Origin: the human T2T-CHM13v2.0 reference genome, Homo sapiens
Strand: one strand, 5' to 3'
NCBI RefSeq assembly: GCF_009914755.1
Contig: NC_060945.1
Length of the DNA stretch: 64,000 nucleotides
In this document: one piece after another, positions 33,801 to 55,178 of the stretch
Numbering within the stretch: the first letter of the stretch is position 1
Layout of the letters: the number at the start of each line of letters is the position of its first letter
The notes under the pieces: model-generated
Databases searched by the model: none
The model's input: the letters and a program-made list of their open reading frames with translations, nothing else
Told to the model about the DNA's origin: nothing
Translations under genes and position numbers: made by a program

Positions 33801-34515
33801 TAAAGCCATGATAACTCAGGGAATTTCCAGGGCACTAGGGATACAATATCACCTTCAGTGCACGTGGAGGCCACAAACCTCAGGGAAGGTTGAGAAAGCA
33901 AATGAAACACTCAAGAGGCACTTAAGGAAACTAACACAAGAAACTCATCTCCCATGGCCTACTTTCTTGCCCATGGCCTTGTTGAGAATCTAAAATTCCC
34001 CTCACAAAATGGGGCTCAGTCCATATGAAATGCTGTATGGATGACCTTTTCTCACAAATGACCTCTTACTTGATCAGGAAATGGCCAACTTGGTCAAAGA
34101 CATAACTTCTTTGGAAAAATACCAACAAAACATTAAAAACCTACCTGAAGGACATCACAGAGAAAAGGGAACAGAGTTGTTCCAACTGGGAGATCTAGTG
34201 TTGGTCAAGTCCCTTCCCTCTACCTTCCCATCTATGAATTCCTTGTGGGAAGGACCATACTCAGTAATCCTCTCTACTCCCACTGCAGTTAAGGTAGCAG
34301 GAGGGGAATCTTGGATTCACCACACCCGAGTTAAACTTTGGACACCCCCTGAGGAACCTGCAGGACCATCAGATCAGGAGTCCCAAGATCAGCCAGACCA
34401 GCCTCAATACACCTGTGAACCATTGGAGGACTTGCGTCTCCTATTTCAGAAGGAAACATCCCAAACTAAAAAGGCTCCTTCAGCTGATCCTGAGGAAAAA
34501 CCCCTTCCTACTTAA
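30896..34515 (+). pseudogene. pol: ERV pro-pol (disrupted)
   Basis: Protease FLLDTS; RT QDLRLIN, LPQ, YVDDLLL; RNase H; integrase WQLDF, SDNGPAF, GKVEKAN, WEGPY. Confidence 0.92.
32917..32963 (+). other. 47-bp TPRT-like insertion in pol RNase H
   Basis: 15-bp direct repeat AAATGTATATACAGT at 32902-32916 and 32964-32978; AATAAA 32934-32939; short A run. Confidence 0.75.
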
Positions 34516-34744
34516 AAAAGTTAAGTGAAAACCTACATAATCTTTAACACCTCTCCTTGCCCCTTTAATGGAATCCTTTTACTGTTTCATCACATTATTA
34601 GGCAGTATACTAAACATACTCTTTGCAGTAGGATTATATACTGTAGCTTCTGCCGGGATGAAAATCCTAATCACATCAACCTTTTTTCTATCATCCTTCG
34701 TTCTGATGGCAATTTAATCCTACCTTTAACTCAGACTGGATAAA

Positions 34745-37400
34745 AAGACCTCATCTTCCAGGGAACCCTCTTTACCTTTCTACTTACACTTTGTCTATAT
34801 AACCCTCCTGCTTCCTTGGATACCCCACATAGTCACCCCTCCCCTTCCACTGGCTCCTAATTACCTCTACAAGACTCTCAACTTAACCCACTCTCTGTTA
34901 AACCAGTCCAATCCTTCCCTGGCAAATGACTGTCGGCTTTGTATCTCTCTATCAGCCACTGCTTATGTTGCCACTCTCGTTCCCACAAAAAACTGGGTCT
35001 TTATTAACTTAACCTACCACTCCCATTATGAAGGAAGAGACCCTTTCCAACTTCTAAATATGCAATCATTAGCTGACTTCCCCATCTCTGATAGGAACAA
35101 AGCAGGGCACACAATCCAGCGTTTACACTCTTACATTTCCAACCTCACCTATTGCTCCTCACAGGAGCAGTGAAAAGCACATACACAGCCCTGTAACCAG
35201 GAATACCATCTAATTTTCCAAGCCCCTTTATGCATCCAACTCAACCTGTTATCAGGCCTGCCCCTGGGGCACCTATTATCCCATCAGTGTAATTACACCC
35301 TACAACTTCAAGCCCCAACTGATCATAGTAACTTCCGAGTCACCCAAACAGCTCCATTCAGATGGCTTTTCTGCTTCTCAGGATCCCCAAAAATCATCAC
35401 CTTCTCCCTGCTTAACAAACAGTCTGGGTTTTGTAATGGCAAACACATTCCCTGCATGACCATTCTCCTCTGGACCCCCTGCAGCAGTGTCCCCAACACT
35501 AGCAAATGCCTTCTCATCCCCTCTTTCAATTACTCTCTTGAATGGTTCCTAGTAGATACAAAATGATTTTATCTCCAGTGGGAAAATGGAACACAGGGAG
35601 CCACTCAGTTTCCTCCCAACACCCATTTCCAGCCGCTCACCAAAGCTACCTTCGCGAGTACTCTAAGAGTATGGGAAAATGAAAACAACAAATTCACACA
35701 CCTTTTTAACATACACAACCAGTTCTGTCTACCCAGCCAAGGCATATTCTTCTTATATGGAACTTCAACCTATATCTATCTGCCTCCCCACCAAACGGAC
35801 AGGCACCTGCACCTTAGTCTTCCTAAGTCCCACCATTGACATCGCCCCAGGAAATCAGACCCTATCAGTGCCCCTCAAGGCTCAAGACCATCAGTGCAGG
35901 GCCATAAAACTAATACCCCTACTTATAGGGTTAGGAATGGCCCCTGCTACAGGAACCAGAATAGCCAGTTTATCTACTTCACTATCCTATTACCACGCAC
36001 TCTCAAAGGATTTCTCTGACAGTGTGCAAGAAATAATGAAATCTATCCTCACTCTACAGTCCCAAATAGACCCTTTGGCAACAGTGACTCTCCAAAACTG
36101 CCGAGGCCTAGACCTCCTCACTGCTGAGAAAGGAGGACTTTGCACCTTCTTAGGGGAAAAGTGTTGTTTTTACACTAACAATTCAGGGATAGTATGAGAC
36201 GCCACCTGGCATTTGCAGGAAAAGTCTTCTGAAATCAGACAACACCTTTCAAACTTTTATACCAACCTCTGGAGTTGGGCAACATGGCTTCTCCCCTTTC
36301 TAGGTCCTGTGAGAGCCATCTTGCTATTACTTGCCTTCAGGCCCTGTATTTTTATTTTTTTATTTTTTTTTTTTAATTTTTTTTTTTTATTATACTCTAA
36401 GTTTTAGGGTACATGTGCACATTGTGCAGGTTAGTTACATATGTATACATGTGCCATGCTGGTGCGCTGCACCCACTAACGTGTCATCTAGCATTAGGTA
36501 TATCTCCCAATGCTATCCCTCCCCCCTCCCCCGACCCCACCACAGTCCCCAGAGTGTGATATTCCCCTTCCTGTGTCCATGTGATCTCATTGTTCAATTC
36601 CCACCTATGAGTGAGAATATGCGGTGTTTGGTTTTTTGTTCTTGCGATAGTTTACTGAGAATGATGGTTTCCAATTTCATCCATGTCCCTACAAAGGACA
36701 TGAACTCATCATTTTTTATGGCTGCATAGTATTCCATGGTGTATATGTGCCACATTTTCTTAATCCAGTCTATCATTGTTGGACATTTGGGTTGGTTCCA
36801 AGTCTTTGCTATTGTGAATAGTGCCGCAATAAACATACGTGTGCATGTGTCTTTATAGCAGCATGATTTATAGTCCTTTGGGTATATACCCAGTAATGGG
36901 ATGGCTGGGTCAAATGGTATTTCTAGTTCTAGATCCCTGAGGAATCGCCACACTGACTTCCACAATGGTTGAACTAGTTTACAGTCCCACCAACAGTGTA
37001 AAAGTGTTCCTATTTCTCCACATCCTCTCCAGCACCTGTTGTTTCCTGACTTTTTAATGATTGCCATTCTAACCGGTGTGAGATGATATCTCATAGTGGT
37101 TTTGATTTGCATTTCTCTGATCAGGCCCTGTATTTTTAACATCCTTGCCAAATTTGTTTCCTCTAGGATTGAAGTCATCAAGCTACAGGTGGTCTTACAA
37201 ATGGAACCCCAAATGAGCTCAACTCACAACTTCTAACGAGGACAACTGGATTGACCCACTGGCCCTTTGACTGGCCTAGAGAGTTCCCCTCTGGAGGACA
37301 CTAAAACTGCAGGGCCCCTTCTTCACCCCTATCCAGCAGTTAGTAGCTAGAATGGTCATTGCCCAGTTCCCAAGAGCAGCTGTGGTGTCCTGTTTAGAGG
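34745..37400 (+). pseudogene. env: ERV env (disrupted; interrupted by L1HS)
   Basis: Fusion peptide AIKLIPLLIGLG; ISD LQNCRGLDLLTAEKGGL; CX6CC CTFLGEKCC; TM WLLPFLGP; cytoplasmic tail resumes at 37138. Confidence 0.88.
36354..37120 (-). mobile_element. 5'-truncated L1HS, pre-Ta subset
   Basis: - strand 3' UTR GATGAC-ACG-TTAGTGGG (ACG diagnostic) and AAAACTTAGAGTATA (G diagnostic); polyA; 17-bp TSD TCAGGCCCTGTATTTTT at 36337-36353 and 37121-37137. Confidence 0.92.
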
Positions 37401-37405
37401 GCTAT

Positions 37406-37787
37406 TGAGAGGTGAGGCCAGCTGAACTTCCTGGGTCAAGTGGGGACTTGGGGAACTTTCCTGTCTTACAAGAGGATTGTAAAATGCACCAATCAGTGCT
37501 CTGTAAAACACACTAATCAGCTCTCTGTAAAACACATCAATCAGCACTCTGTAAAACACACCAATCAGCACTCTGTAAAACGCACCAATAAGCACTCTGT
37601 AAAATGCACCAATCAGCAGGATCCTAAAGGTAGCCACCTTTCACTCTTCACAATAAACCTTGCTACCACTCACTCTTTGGGTCTTTGCCATCTTTAAGAG
37701 CTGTAACACTCACCGTGAAGGTCCACGGCTTCATTCTTGAAGTCAGCAAGACTGTGAACCCACTGGCAGGAACCAACTCTGGACACA
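37406..37787 (+). promoter_or_regulatory. 3' LTR (LTR12-like) with six 24-bp CCAAT-type repeats and an internal deletion
   Basis: TGAGAGGTGAGGCCAGC...GGACACA; (TGTAAAACGCACCAATCAGCACTC)x6, degenerate, at 37478-37620. Confidence 0.88.
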
Positions 37788-38297
37788 CAAGGACTGCGAG
37801 CACAGTCAGCACTTTGGCAGAGAAAGGTCACCTGGATGTTACATGGCGAGGCTACAGGGTTGTAAGGGTCACTTTACCTTCAGCTCTGCACTGAGGCTGG
37901 CTAGTCCTTGAGAAACTAAGTGACCTGCTTCTCAGCTGTGCAAGTAAAAAATCTTGGCAACACATCATCCAAACCATGGCTCAGCTGCTGCAGGGCCCCA
38001 CAGAATAGGGCCCTGCCTTTCCTTCCCATCAGCATCCCATCTGACCCTGTCTGAGTCCCATGATGGCTGGCTGGGTGTGGGCAGCATGTACACGGGAGAT
38101 CATGGGTGCTTGAAAGAAGTCGAGGCTGTACCTTTCTTTGCAAGAACCTGTTCTCTTTCCCTCCTTGTTTTTAAAAATATTCAATACAGTATAATTTTAT
38201 AATGATAACAGAACCTGGTCCGACTTCTGTGGAAAAGGATTGATCAACAAGCCTGAGTTGGGGGTTTTTCTGTTCAGTTCGTATTAGGGCCCCTCTA

Positions 38298-38687
<390 letters not shown>

Positions 38688-39232
38688 TTAAAAGAAAATA
38701 AAATTCCTGTATCCAAGCTAAAAAAAAAAATTATATGAAATCGAAAAAGAACCCAAATAGCCAATACATTCCTAAGCAAAAAGAACAAAGCTGGAGCTAT
38801 CACATTACTAACTTCAGACTATACTACAAGGCTACTGTAACCAAAACAGCATAGTACTGGTACAAAAACACATAGACCAATGAAACAGGATATAGAGCCC
38901 AGAAATAATGTGACACACCTGCCAAAATCTGATCATTGACAAAATTGACAAAAACAAACAATGGGGAATAGTCTCTCTATTCAATAAATGGTGCTGGGAT
39001 AACTGGCTAGCCATATGAAGAAGATTGAAACTGGGTGCCTTCCTTACACTATATATAAAAATTCACTTCAGATGTATTAAAGACTTAATTCTAAAACCAA
39101 AAACTATAGAAACCCTGGAAAACAACCTAGGCAATACCATTCTGGATATAATACCTGGCAAAAACCTCATGACAAAGACACAGAAAAAAATTGCAAAAAA
39201 AAAAAAAAACAAAAAAAAACAAAAAAAAAAAC

Positions 39233-45979
<6,747 letters not shown>

Positions 45980-48440
45980 TCAGGAAAATGGCTAAATCAA
46001 ATCCAAGGAAACTAAGAATACAACCAAATGATACAGAAGCTGAAAGGTGAAATAGCCAGTATAAAAAGAACGTAACATATCTGATAGAGTTGAAAAACAT
46101 ACTACAAGAATTTTACAGTGCAATCACAAGTATTTACAACAGAATAGGCCAAGCTGAAAAAAAGAATCTCAGAAATTGAAGACGGTCTCTCTGAAATAAG
46201 ACAGACAAAAATAAAGAAAGAGTAATAAAAAGAAATGAACAAAACCTCTGAAAATGTGGCATTATGTAAGAGGCCAAATCTGCAAATCACTGGCATCTCT
46301 GAAAGGGACAAGGAGAAAACAAACAACTTGGGAAATATATTTCATGACATCATTCATGAAAACTTCCCCAACCTTGCTAGAGAGGCCAACAGTCAAATTA
46401 ACAAACTACAGAGAAAACCCTGAAAGATACTACACTAGAAGAGTATCCCTAAGACATATGATCATCAGATTTTTCAAGGTTGAAATGAAAGGAAAAAAAA
46501 TGTTAAAGACAGCTAGAGAAAAAGAGCAAGTCACCTATAAAGGGAACCCTATCAGGCTAAGAGTGGACCTCTCAGCAGAAGAGATTGGGGACCTATATTC
46601 AACATTCTTAAAGAAAAATGTCTAAAACCAAGAATTTGATATCCAGCCAACCTAAGTTTCCTAAACGGAGGAGAAACACAGCCTGTTTCAGATAAGCAAA
46701 TGTTGAGGGGGTTCATTACTACCACACATGCCTTACAAGAAATTGGGAAAGGAGCACCAAATATAGAAAGAAAAGACTGTTACCAGCCAATACAAAAACA
46801 CACTTACATACACAGACCAGTGACACTGTAAAGCAACCACACAAACAAGCTGACATAATAACCAGCTAACAATACAATGACGGGATCAAATCCACACATA
46901 TCAGTACTAACCTTGAGTGTAAACAGGCTGAATGCCCCACTTAAAAGACACAGAGTGGCAAGCTGGATAAAAAAGCAAGACCCAATGGCATGCTGTCTTC
47001 AAGAGACCCATATCATACATAATGAGACTCATAGGCTCAAAATAAAGAAATGGAGGAAAATCTACCAAGCAAATGGAAATCAGAAAAAAGCAGGTGTTGC
47101 AATTCTAATTTCAGGCAGGGCAGACTTTAAACCAACAAAGATCAAAGAAGGCACCAAAAAGCATTATATAATGGTAAAGAATTCAATTCAACAGGAAGAC
47201 CTAACTATCCTAAATATGTGTGCACCCAACACAGGAGCACCCAGATTCATAAAGCAAGTTCTTAGAGACCTATGAAGAGCCTTAGACTCGCACACAATAA
47301 TAGTGGACGAATTCAACACTCCAATAACAGTACTAGACAGATTGTTTAAGCAGAAAACTAACAAAGATATTCAGGACCTGAACTTAATGTTAGACCAAAT
47401 GGATCTTCATCAGAAACTACATAGACTTCTACAGCACTCTCCACCCATAAACAACAGAACATACATTCTCTCATCACCACGTGGCACATACTCTAAAATT
47501 GACCACATTATTAGACATGAAACAATCATCAGCAAATGCAAGAGAACTGAAATTATGTAAAACACACTCTTGGACCACAGTGCAATAAAAATACAAGTCA
47601 GAACTCATAAGATAGCTCAAAGACCATTAAAAAATAAACAACATGCTTTTAAATGACTTTTGAGTAAATAATAAATTAAGTCAGAAATAAAGGTCTTGGA
47701 AACTAAAGAGAATAAAAATACAACATACCAGAGTCTCTGAGACACAGCCAATGCAGTGTTAAGAGAGTAACTTATAGTACTTACTGCCACATCAAAAGTA
47801 AGAAAGATCTCAGATAAACAATGTAATGTTACAACTGAAAGAATTAGAGAAGCAAGAGCAAATCAGTCCCAAAGCTAGCAGGAGACAATAAATAACCAAA
47901 ATCAGAGCTAAAGTGAAAAAAAAATTGAGACACAAAAATACATTCAAATGATCAATGAATCCAGGAGTTGCTTTCTGAAAAAAAAAAATAATAAGCTAGA
48001 TAGGCCGCTGGCTAGACTAATAAAGAAGAAAAGTTCCAAATAAACACAATTAGAAATGACAAAGGGGATGTTACCACTCACCCTACAGAAATAAAAATAA
48101 CCATCACAAACTGCTATGAACACCTCTATGCACACAATCTAGAAAACCTAGAAGAGATGGTTAAATTTCTGTACACATACACTATCCCAAGACTGAAATA
48201 GAAGAAATTGATTCCCTGAACAGACCAATAATGAGCTCTGAAGTTGAATCAGTAATAAATAACCTAGCAACCAAAAAAAAAAAAAAAAAAAAAGCCCAGA
48301 ACCAGATGGATTCACAGCCTGATTCTACCAGATATAAAAAGAAGATCTGGTATCATTTCTCCTGAAACTATTCAAAAAATTGAGGAGAGACTCCTCCCCC
48401 AACTCATCCTATGAGGCCAGCAACATCCTTATACCAAAGC
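45980..48440 (+). mobile_element. L1PA13-15-like ORF1/ORF2 fragment
   Basis: IHENFPNLAREAN; ORF2 start MTGSNPHISVLTL at 46877. Confidence 0.78.
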
Positions 48441-50743
48441 CAAAATACAACGAGAAAAGAAATCTACTGGCCAATATTTTTGATAAACATAAATGCAAAA
48501 ATTCTCAATCCAATACTACCAAAGCAAACTTAACACATCAAAAATATTATAACATAACCAGCTGGAATTTGTCCCTGAGAAGCAAGCTTGGTTTTATGCA
48601 AGTCAATCAACATGATGCACCACATTTACAAAATAAAAGATAAAAACTACATGATTATCTCAATAGATGCAGAAACAATATAACGTAGTTTATTATCCTT
48701 TGATGATAAAAATCCTCAGAATAGATATAAGAAGCAAATTTTCTCAACATAATAGTGGCCATTTATGAAAAGCCCACAACTAAAATCATAATCAGTGGAG
48801 AAAAAAAAATGGAAAGATTTTCCTCTAAGATCTGGTACAAGGAAAGGATTCCTACTCAACAGAGTACTGGAAGATCTAGCAAGAGCAATCAGACAAAAAA
48901 TACAAGAGAGAAGGAGGTGAAGCAACATGGCTGAATAGAGACCTCCAGTGATCATCTCCCACCATGAGAACACCAAACTGAACAATTATTCAAATTTTTA
49001 AAAAAAAGCACCTTCATAAGAACCAAAAATCAGGTGAGGAAACACAGTACCTGGTTTTAACATCATAATAAGGAAGGAGGCCTTGAAAGGTGTGGAAAAG
49101 ACACTCTAAAATAACCTACACCACCCCTCCCCCATCCCCCAGCAGTGATCATGTGGTGCATAGAAAGAATTTGTGCACTTGGGGGAGAGAAAGCACAGGG
49201 ATTATGTGACTTTGCATTGGAACTCAGTGCTGCCCTAGCACGGTGGAAAGCAACATGGAGCAGAACTTAGCCAGCACTCATAAAGGCAGCATTTAGACCA
49301 GCCCTTGCCAGAGGTGAATTGTCCATCCCAGCAGTTGGAACCTGAGTTATGGTAAGCCCTGCTGCCATGGGCTGAAGTGTTCTGAGGTCCTAAATAAATT
49401 GAAAATGCAGATTGGCCACAAGGAATGAAATTCCTGGGCAAGTCCTGGGGCTGTGCTGGGCTTGGAACCAGTAGACTTGTGGTGCATGTAATCTAGGGAG
49501 ACCAGCTGGGGTGACCAAGGGAGTACTTCTGTCACCCCTCTCCAACTCCAGGCAGCACAGCACACAGCTCTAAAAAAGACTCCTTCTTCCACTAAAGGAG
49601 AGGAGAGCGAGAGTAAAGAGGACTTAGTCTTGCAACTTGGATACCAGCTCAGCCACTGTACAATAGGACACCAGGCAGAGTTCTGAGGGCCCCCATCCTA
49701 GACCCTAGTTCTCAGTTTACATTTCTGGACACACCCTGGGCCAGAAGGGAACCCACTGCCTTGAAGGGAAGAACCCAGTCCTGACAGAATTCATCATGGA
49801 CTGGCTAAAGAGCTCTTGAGCCCTGAATAATCACCAGTGGTCACCAGGAAGTACTCACTGTGGGTCCTGGGTGAGACTCAGAGTCATGCTGGCTTCAGGT
49901 GTGACCCACCACATTCCCAGCTGTGGTGGCTACAGGGAGAGTCTCCTGCAAGATGATACATCAATGAGTTTGCAACTGCAATAGCATTTGTGGGTTTAGG
50001 GTGCTCCCTAAGGCAGAGATGGATGTAGTGATCAAAGACTTAGGTCACAAACCTTTTGAATACCTCAAAAGCCTTCCCAAGAAGGATAGGTACAAACAAG
50101 CCCAGACTCCCAAAGATCAAGGATAAAAAAGGATTCTAAAAGCAGCAAAAGAAAAGAAACTAATAACATACAAAGGACTTCAATACGTCTGGCAGCAGAC
50201 TTCTCAGTGGAAATGTTACAGGCCAACAGGAAGTGACATGATATATTTAGGGGACTGAAGGAAAAATATTTTATCCTAAAATAATATAACCAACAAAAAT
50301 ATCCTTCAAACATGAAGAAGAAATAAAGAGTTTACCACACAAACAAAAGCTCAGGGATTTTATCAACACCACACCATTCTTATAAAGAATGCTAAAGAAA
50401 GTTCAGTCTGGAAGAAACAGATGTTAATGAGCAATAGCAAATCATCTGAAGGTCCAAAAGTTACTGTTAATAGCAAGTACAGAGAAAAACACAATGTTAT
50501 AACACTGTCATAGTGGAGTATAAACTATTCATATCTTGAGTAGAAAGGTTAGTAAATGAACTGATCCAAACTAGTAACTACAACTTTTCAAAACATAACA
50601 CGAAATGATATAAACAGAAACAACATAAAGTTAAAAAGAGACAAAGGAGGGACAATGTTAAGGTATAGAGTTTTTATTAGTTTTCTTTTTGATTATTTGT
50701 TTATGCAGTCTTAAGTAGTCATCAGTTTAAAATAATGGGTTAG

Positions 50744-51256
50744 CAAATGATTACAAATCATTCTACTATAAAGACACATGCACATGTATGTTAATTGCAG
50801 CACTGTTCACAATAGCAAAGATGTGGAACCAACCCAAATGCCCATCAATGACAGACTGGATAAAGAAAATGTGGCACATACATACCATGGAATACTATGC
50901 AGCCATGAAAAAGAATCAGTTCATGTCCTTTGCAGGGACATGGATGAAGCTGGAAACCATCATTCTCAGCAAACTAATACAGGAACAGAAAACCAAACAT
51001 CGCATGTTCTCACTTATAAGTGGGAGTTGAACAATGAGAACACATGGACACAGGGAGGGGAACATCACACACTGGGGCCTGTCAGCAGGTGGGGGTGCTA
51101 AGGGAAGGATAGCATTAGGAGAAATACCTAATGTAGATGACGAGTTGATGGGTGCAGCAAACCACCATGGCACATGTATACCGATGTAACAAAACTGCAC
51201 GTTCTGCACGTGTATCCCAGAACTTAAAGTATAATAAAAAATAATGATTATAAAAT
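50744..51256 (+). mobile_element. 5'-truncated L1PA7/8 3' end
   Basis: SLISGS* plus 3' UTR; TSD AAAATAATGG(G/A)TTAG at 50729-50743 and 51257-51271. Confidence 0.9.
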
Positions 51257-52257
51257 AAAATAATGGATTAGAAGATATATTTGCAAACCTTATGATAACC
51301 TCAAATCAAAAAAAATATATCAGATAACACAAAAAATTTTAAAAAGAAATTAAAACATATCACAAGAGAAAAAACACTTTCACTAAAAGGAAGACTGGAA
51401 GGAAGGAAAAAAGGAAGAGAGAGGCTGCAGGATATCCAGAAAACAAATAAAATGTCACGAATAAGTCCCTGCTTAGCAATAATAACATAGAATGTAAAAA
51501 GACTAAACTCTTCAATCAAAATACACTTGCTGAATGAATAAAAACAACAAGACCCAATGATATGTTACCTACAAAAAACAATTTATCTATAAAGATACAC
51601 ATAAATTGAAAATAAATAAATAAAGTAAGATGTTCCAAGCAAACAGAAACCAAAAAAGGGGAGGATTAGCTATACTTAGACAAAATAGATTTCAAGACAA
51701 AACCTGTAAAAAGAGACACAGAATGCCATTATATAATGATAACGATGTCAATTCAGCAACGGGATATAATAATTGTAAATACGCATGCACCTAATGCTGA
51801 AGTACCCAGATGTATAAAACAAATATTATTAGATGTAAAAAGATAAATAGACCCCCAATACAATAATAGCTGGATATTTCAATACCACAGTTTTGGCAAT
51901 GAACAGATCATCCAGACAGAAAAATCAATAAAGAAACATCAGACTTAAACTGCACTGAAGACCAGATGAATAGATATTTACTAAACATTTTATCCAACCA
52001 CTAACGAATACACATTGTCTATCCTGGATTATTCTCTAGGATAGACAATATGTTAGGCCACAAAACTTGTCTTTAAACTTCCAAAAAAATGAAATTATAT
52101 TAAGTATCTTCTCTGATCACAAATGAATAAAACTAGAATTCAATAACAAGAGGATTTTGAAAATCATACAAACACATGGAAATTAAGCAATATGCTCTGG
52201 AATTACCAGTGGGTCAGTAAAGAAATTAAGAAGGAAACTTAAATTTTTTCTTGAAAC

Positions 52258-52546
52258 TGGCAGGTGCAGTGGCTCACATCTATAATCACAGCACTTTGGG
52301 AGGCCAAGGTGGGGGGATTCCTTTAGCTTAGGAGTTTCAGACCAACTTGTCACTAAAAAATAAAAAAAAAATTTTTTTAATTGATTATCTGGGCTTGGCA
52401 GTGTGCACTTGTAGTCCCAGTTACTCAGGAGGCTGAGACAGGAAGATCACTTGAGCTCAAGAGGTCAAGGCTGCAGTGAGCTGTGATCATGCCTGTACTC
52501 TATCCTGGGTGACAGAGACAGACTTTGTCTCAAAAACAAAAAAAGA
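52258..52546 (+). mobile_element. AluJ
   Basis: Alu dimer; TSD ~TTCTTGAAAC. Confidence 0.88.
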
Positions 52547-52673
52547 AAATTCTTGAAACAAATAAAAAAGGAAACACCACATACCAAAACCTATGAATAC
52601 AGTGAAAGCAGTACTAAGAGGAAAGTATATAGCAACAAGAGCCTGTGTCAAAAAAGTAGAAAAAATTTAAATA

Positions 52674-52962
<289 letters not shown>

Positions 52963-54376
52963 TTAAATAGTCTAATGATACATCTTAAAGAACTAGAAAA
53001 ACAAGAGCAAACCAAATCCAAAATTAGTACAAGGAAAGAAATAATAAATATTACAGTAGAAATAAATGAAAATGAAATTTAAAAATACAAAAAACTCAAT
53101 GAAACAAAAAAGTTGTTTTGTGAAAAGCTAAACAAAATTGACAAACCATTAACCCAACTAACTTTGAATAAAAGAGAAAAGACTCAAATAAATAAAGTCA
53201 GAGATTAAAAGGGAGGCATTACAACTGATACTGCAGAAATTCGAAGTATCGTTGGAGGCTACTATGAACAACTCTATGATAATAAATTGGAAAACCTAGA
53301 AGGAATGGATAAATTCCTAGACACATACAACCTACCAGGATTGATCCAGGAATAAATCCAAAACATGAACATGCCAATAAAAAGTAATGAAATCGAAACT
53401 GTTCTGAAGAAGTCTCTCAACAAAGAAAAGCCTGGGACCGAATGGCTTCACTGCTAAATTTTAGGAAACATTTAAAGAAGAATTATTATCAAACATCCTC
53501 AAACTATTAAAAAAAAAAAAAGGAGGATGGAATACATCCAAACTTATTCTATGAGGCCAGTATTACCCTGACACCAAAAGACACATTAAAAAAGAGAAGA
53601 AAAGAAAACTTCAGGCCAATATCCCGGATGAAAATTGGTGCAAAAATACTCAACAAAATGCTAGCAAACCAAATTCAACAACACATTAAAAAGATCATTC
53701 ATCATGTCCAAGTGGGATTTATTTCAGGGATTCAAGAACGGTCCAACATATGCAAATCAATCAATGTGATACATCATAACACCAGAATGAAGGACAAAAA
53801 CCATATGATCATTTTAATTGATGCTGAAAAAGCACCTGATAAAATTTAACATCTCTTCATGATAAAACCCTCAAAAAAACAGGTATAGAAGGGACATACC
53901 TCAACACAATAAAAACCATACACAACAGACTCATGACTTGTATCATACTGAATGGGAAAAACTGAAGCCTTTCCTCTAAGATTTGGAATACAACAAGAGG
54001 ATGCCAATTTTCACTGCTGTTATTCAACATAATACTGGAAATCCTAGCTATAACAGTCGGACAAAAGAAAGAAAAAAACATGCAACCAGATTGGAAAGGG
54101 AAGAAGTCAAATTATCCTTGTTTGCAGATGATATAATCTTATATTTGGAAAAACCTAAAGACTCCACCAAAAACTATTAGAACTGATTTTTAAAATTCAT
54201 GAAGTTGGAGGATACAAAATTAACATACAAAAATCAGTAGCATTTCTATATGCCAACAGTGAAAAATCTGAAAAAGAAATCAAGAAAGTAATCCCATTTA
54301 CAATAGCTACAAATAAAATAAAATATCTAGAAATAAATTTAACCAAAGAAATGAAAGGTCTCTACAATGAAAACTA

Positions 54377-54814
<438 letters not shown>

Positions 54815-54824
54815 AAGAAATTCA

Positions 54825-55178
<354 letters not shown>

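Larger units (their letters stand above)
27869..37787 (+). mobile_element. Near full-length HERV9-group (HERVW9 supergroup) provirus with LTR12-type LTRs
   Basis: TG..CA LTRs; 4-bp TSD CAAG (27865-68, 37788-91); PBS; gag-pro-pol-env remnants; PPT ~37394-37402. Confidence 0.92.

Noticed and set aside
34745-37400. Syncytin-like domesticated env
   Set aside because: Multiple stops and frameshifts, degenerate furin site, and an L1HS insertion
37478-37620. CRISPR-like regular repeats
   Set aside because: Spacerless tandem LTR12 CCAAT repeats in a primate ERV
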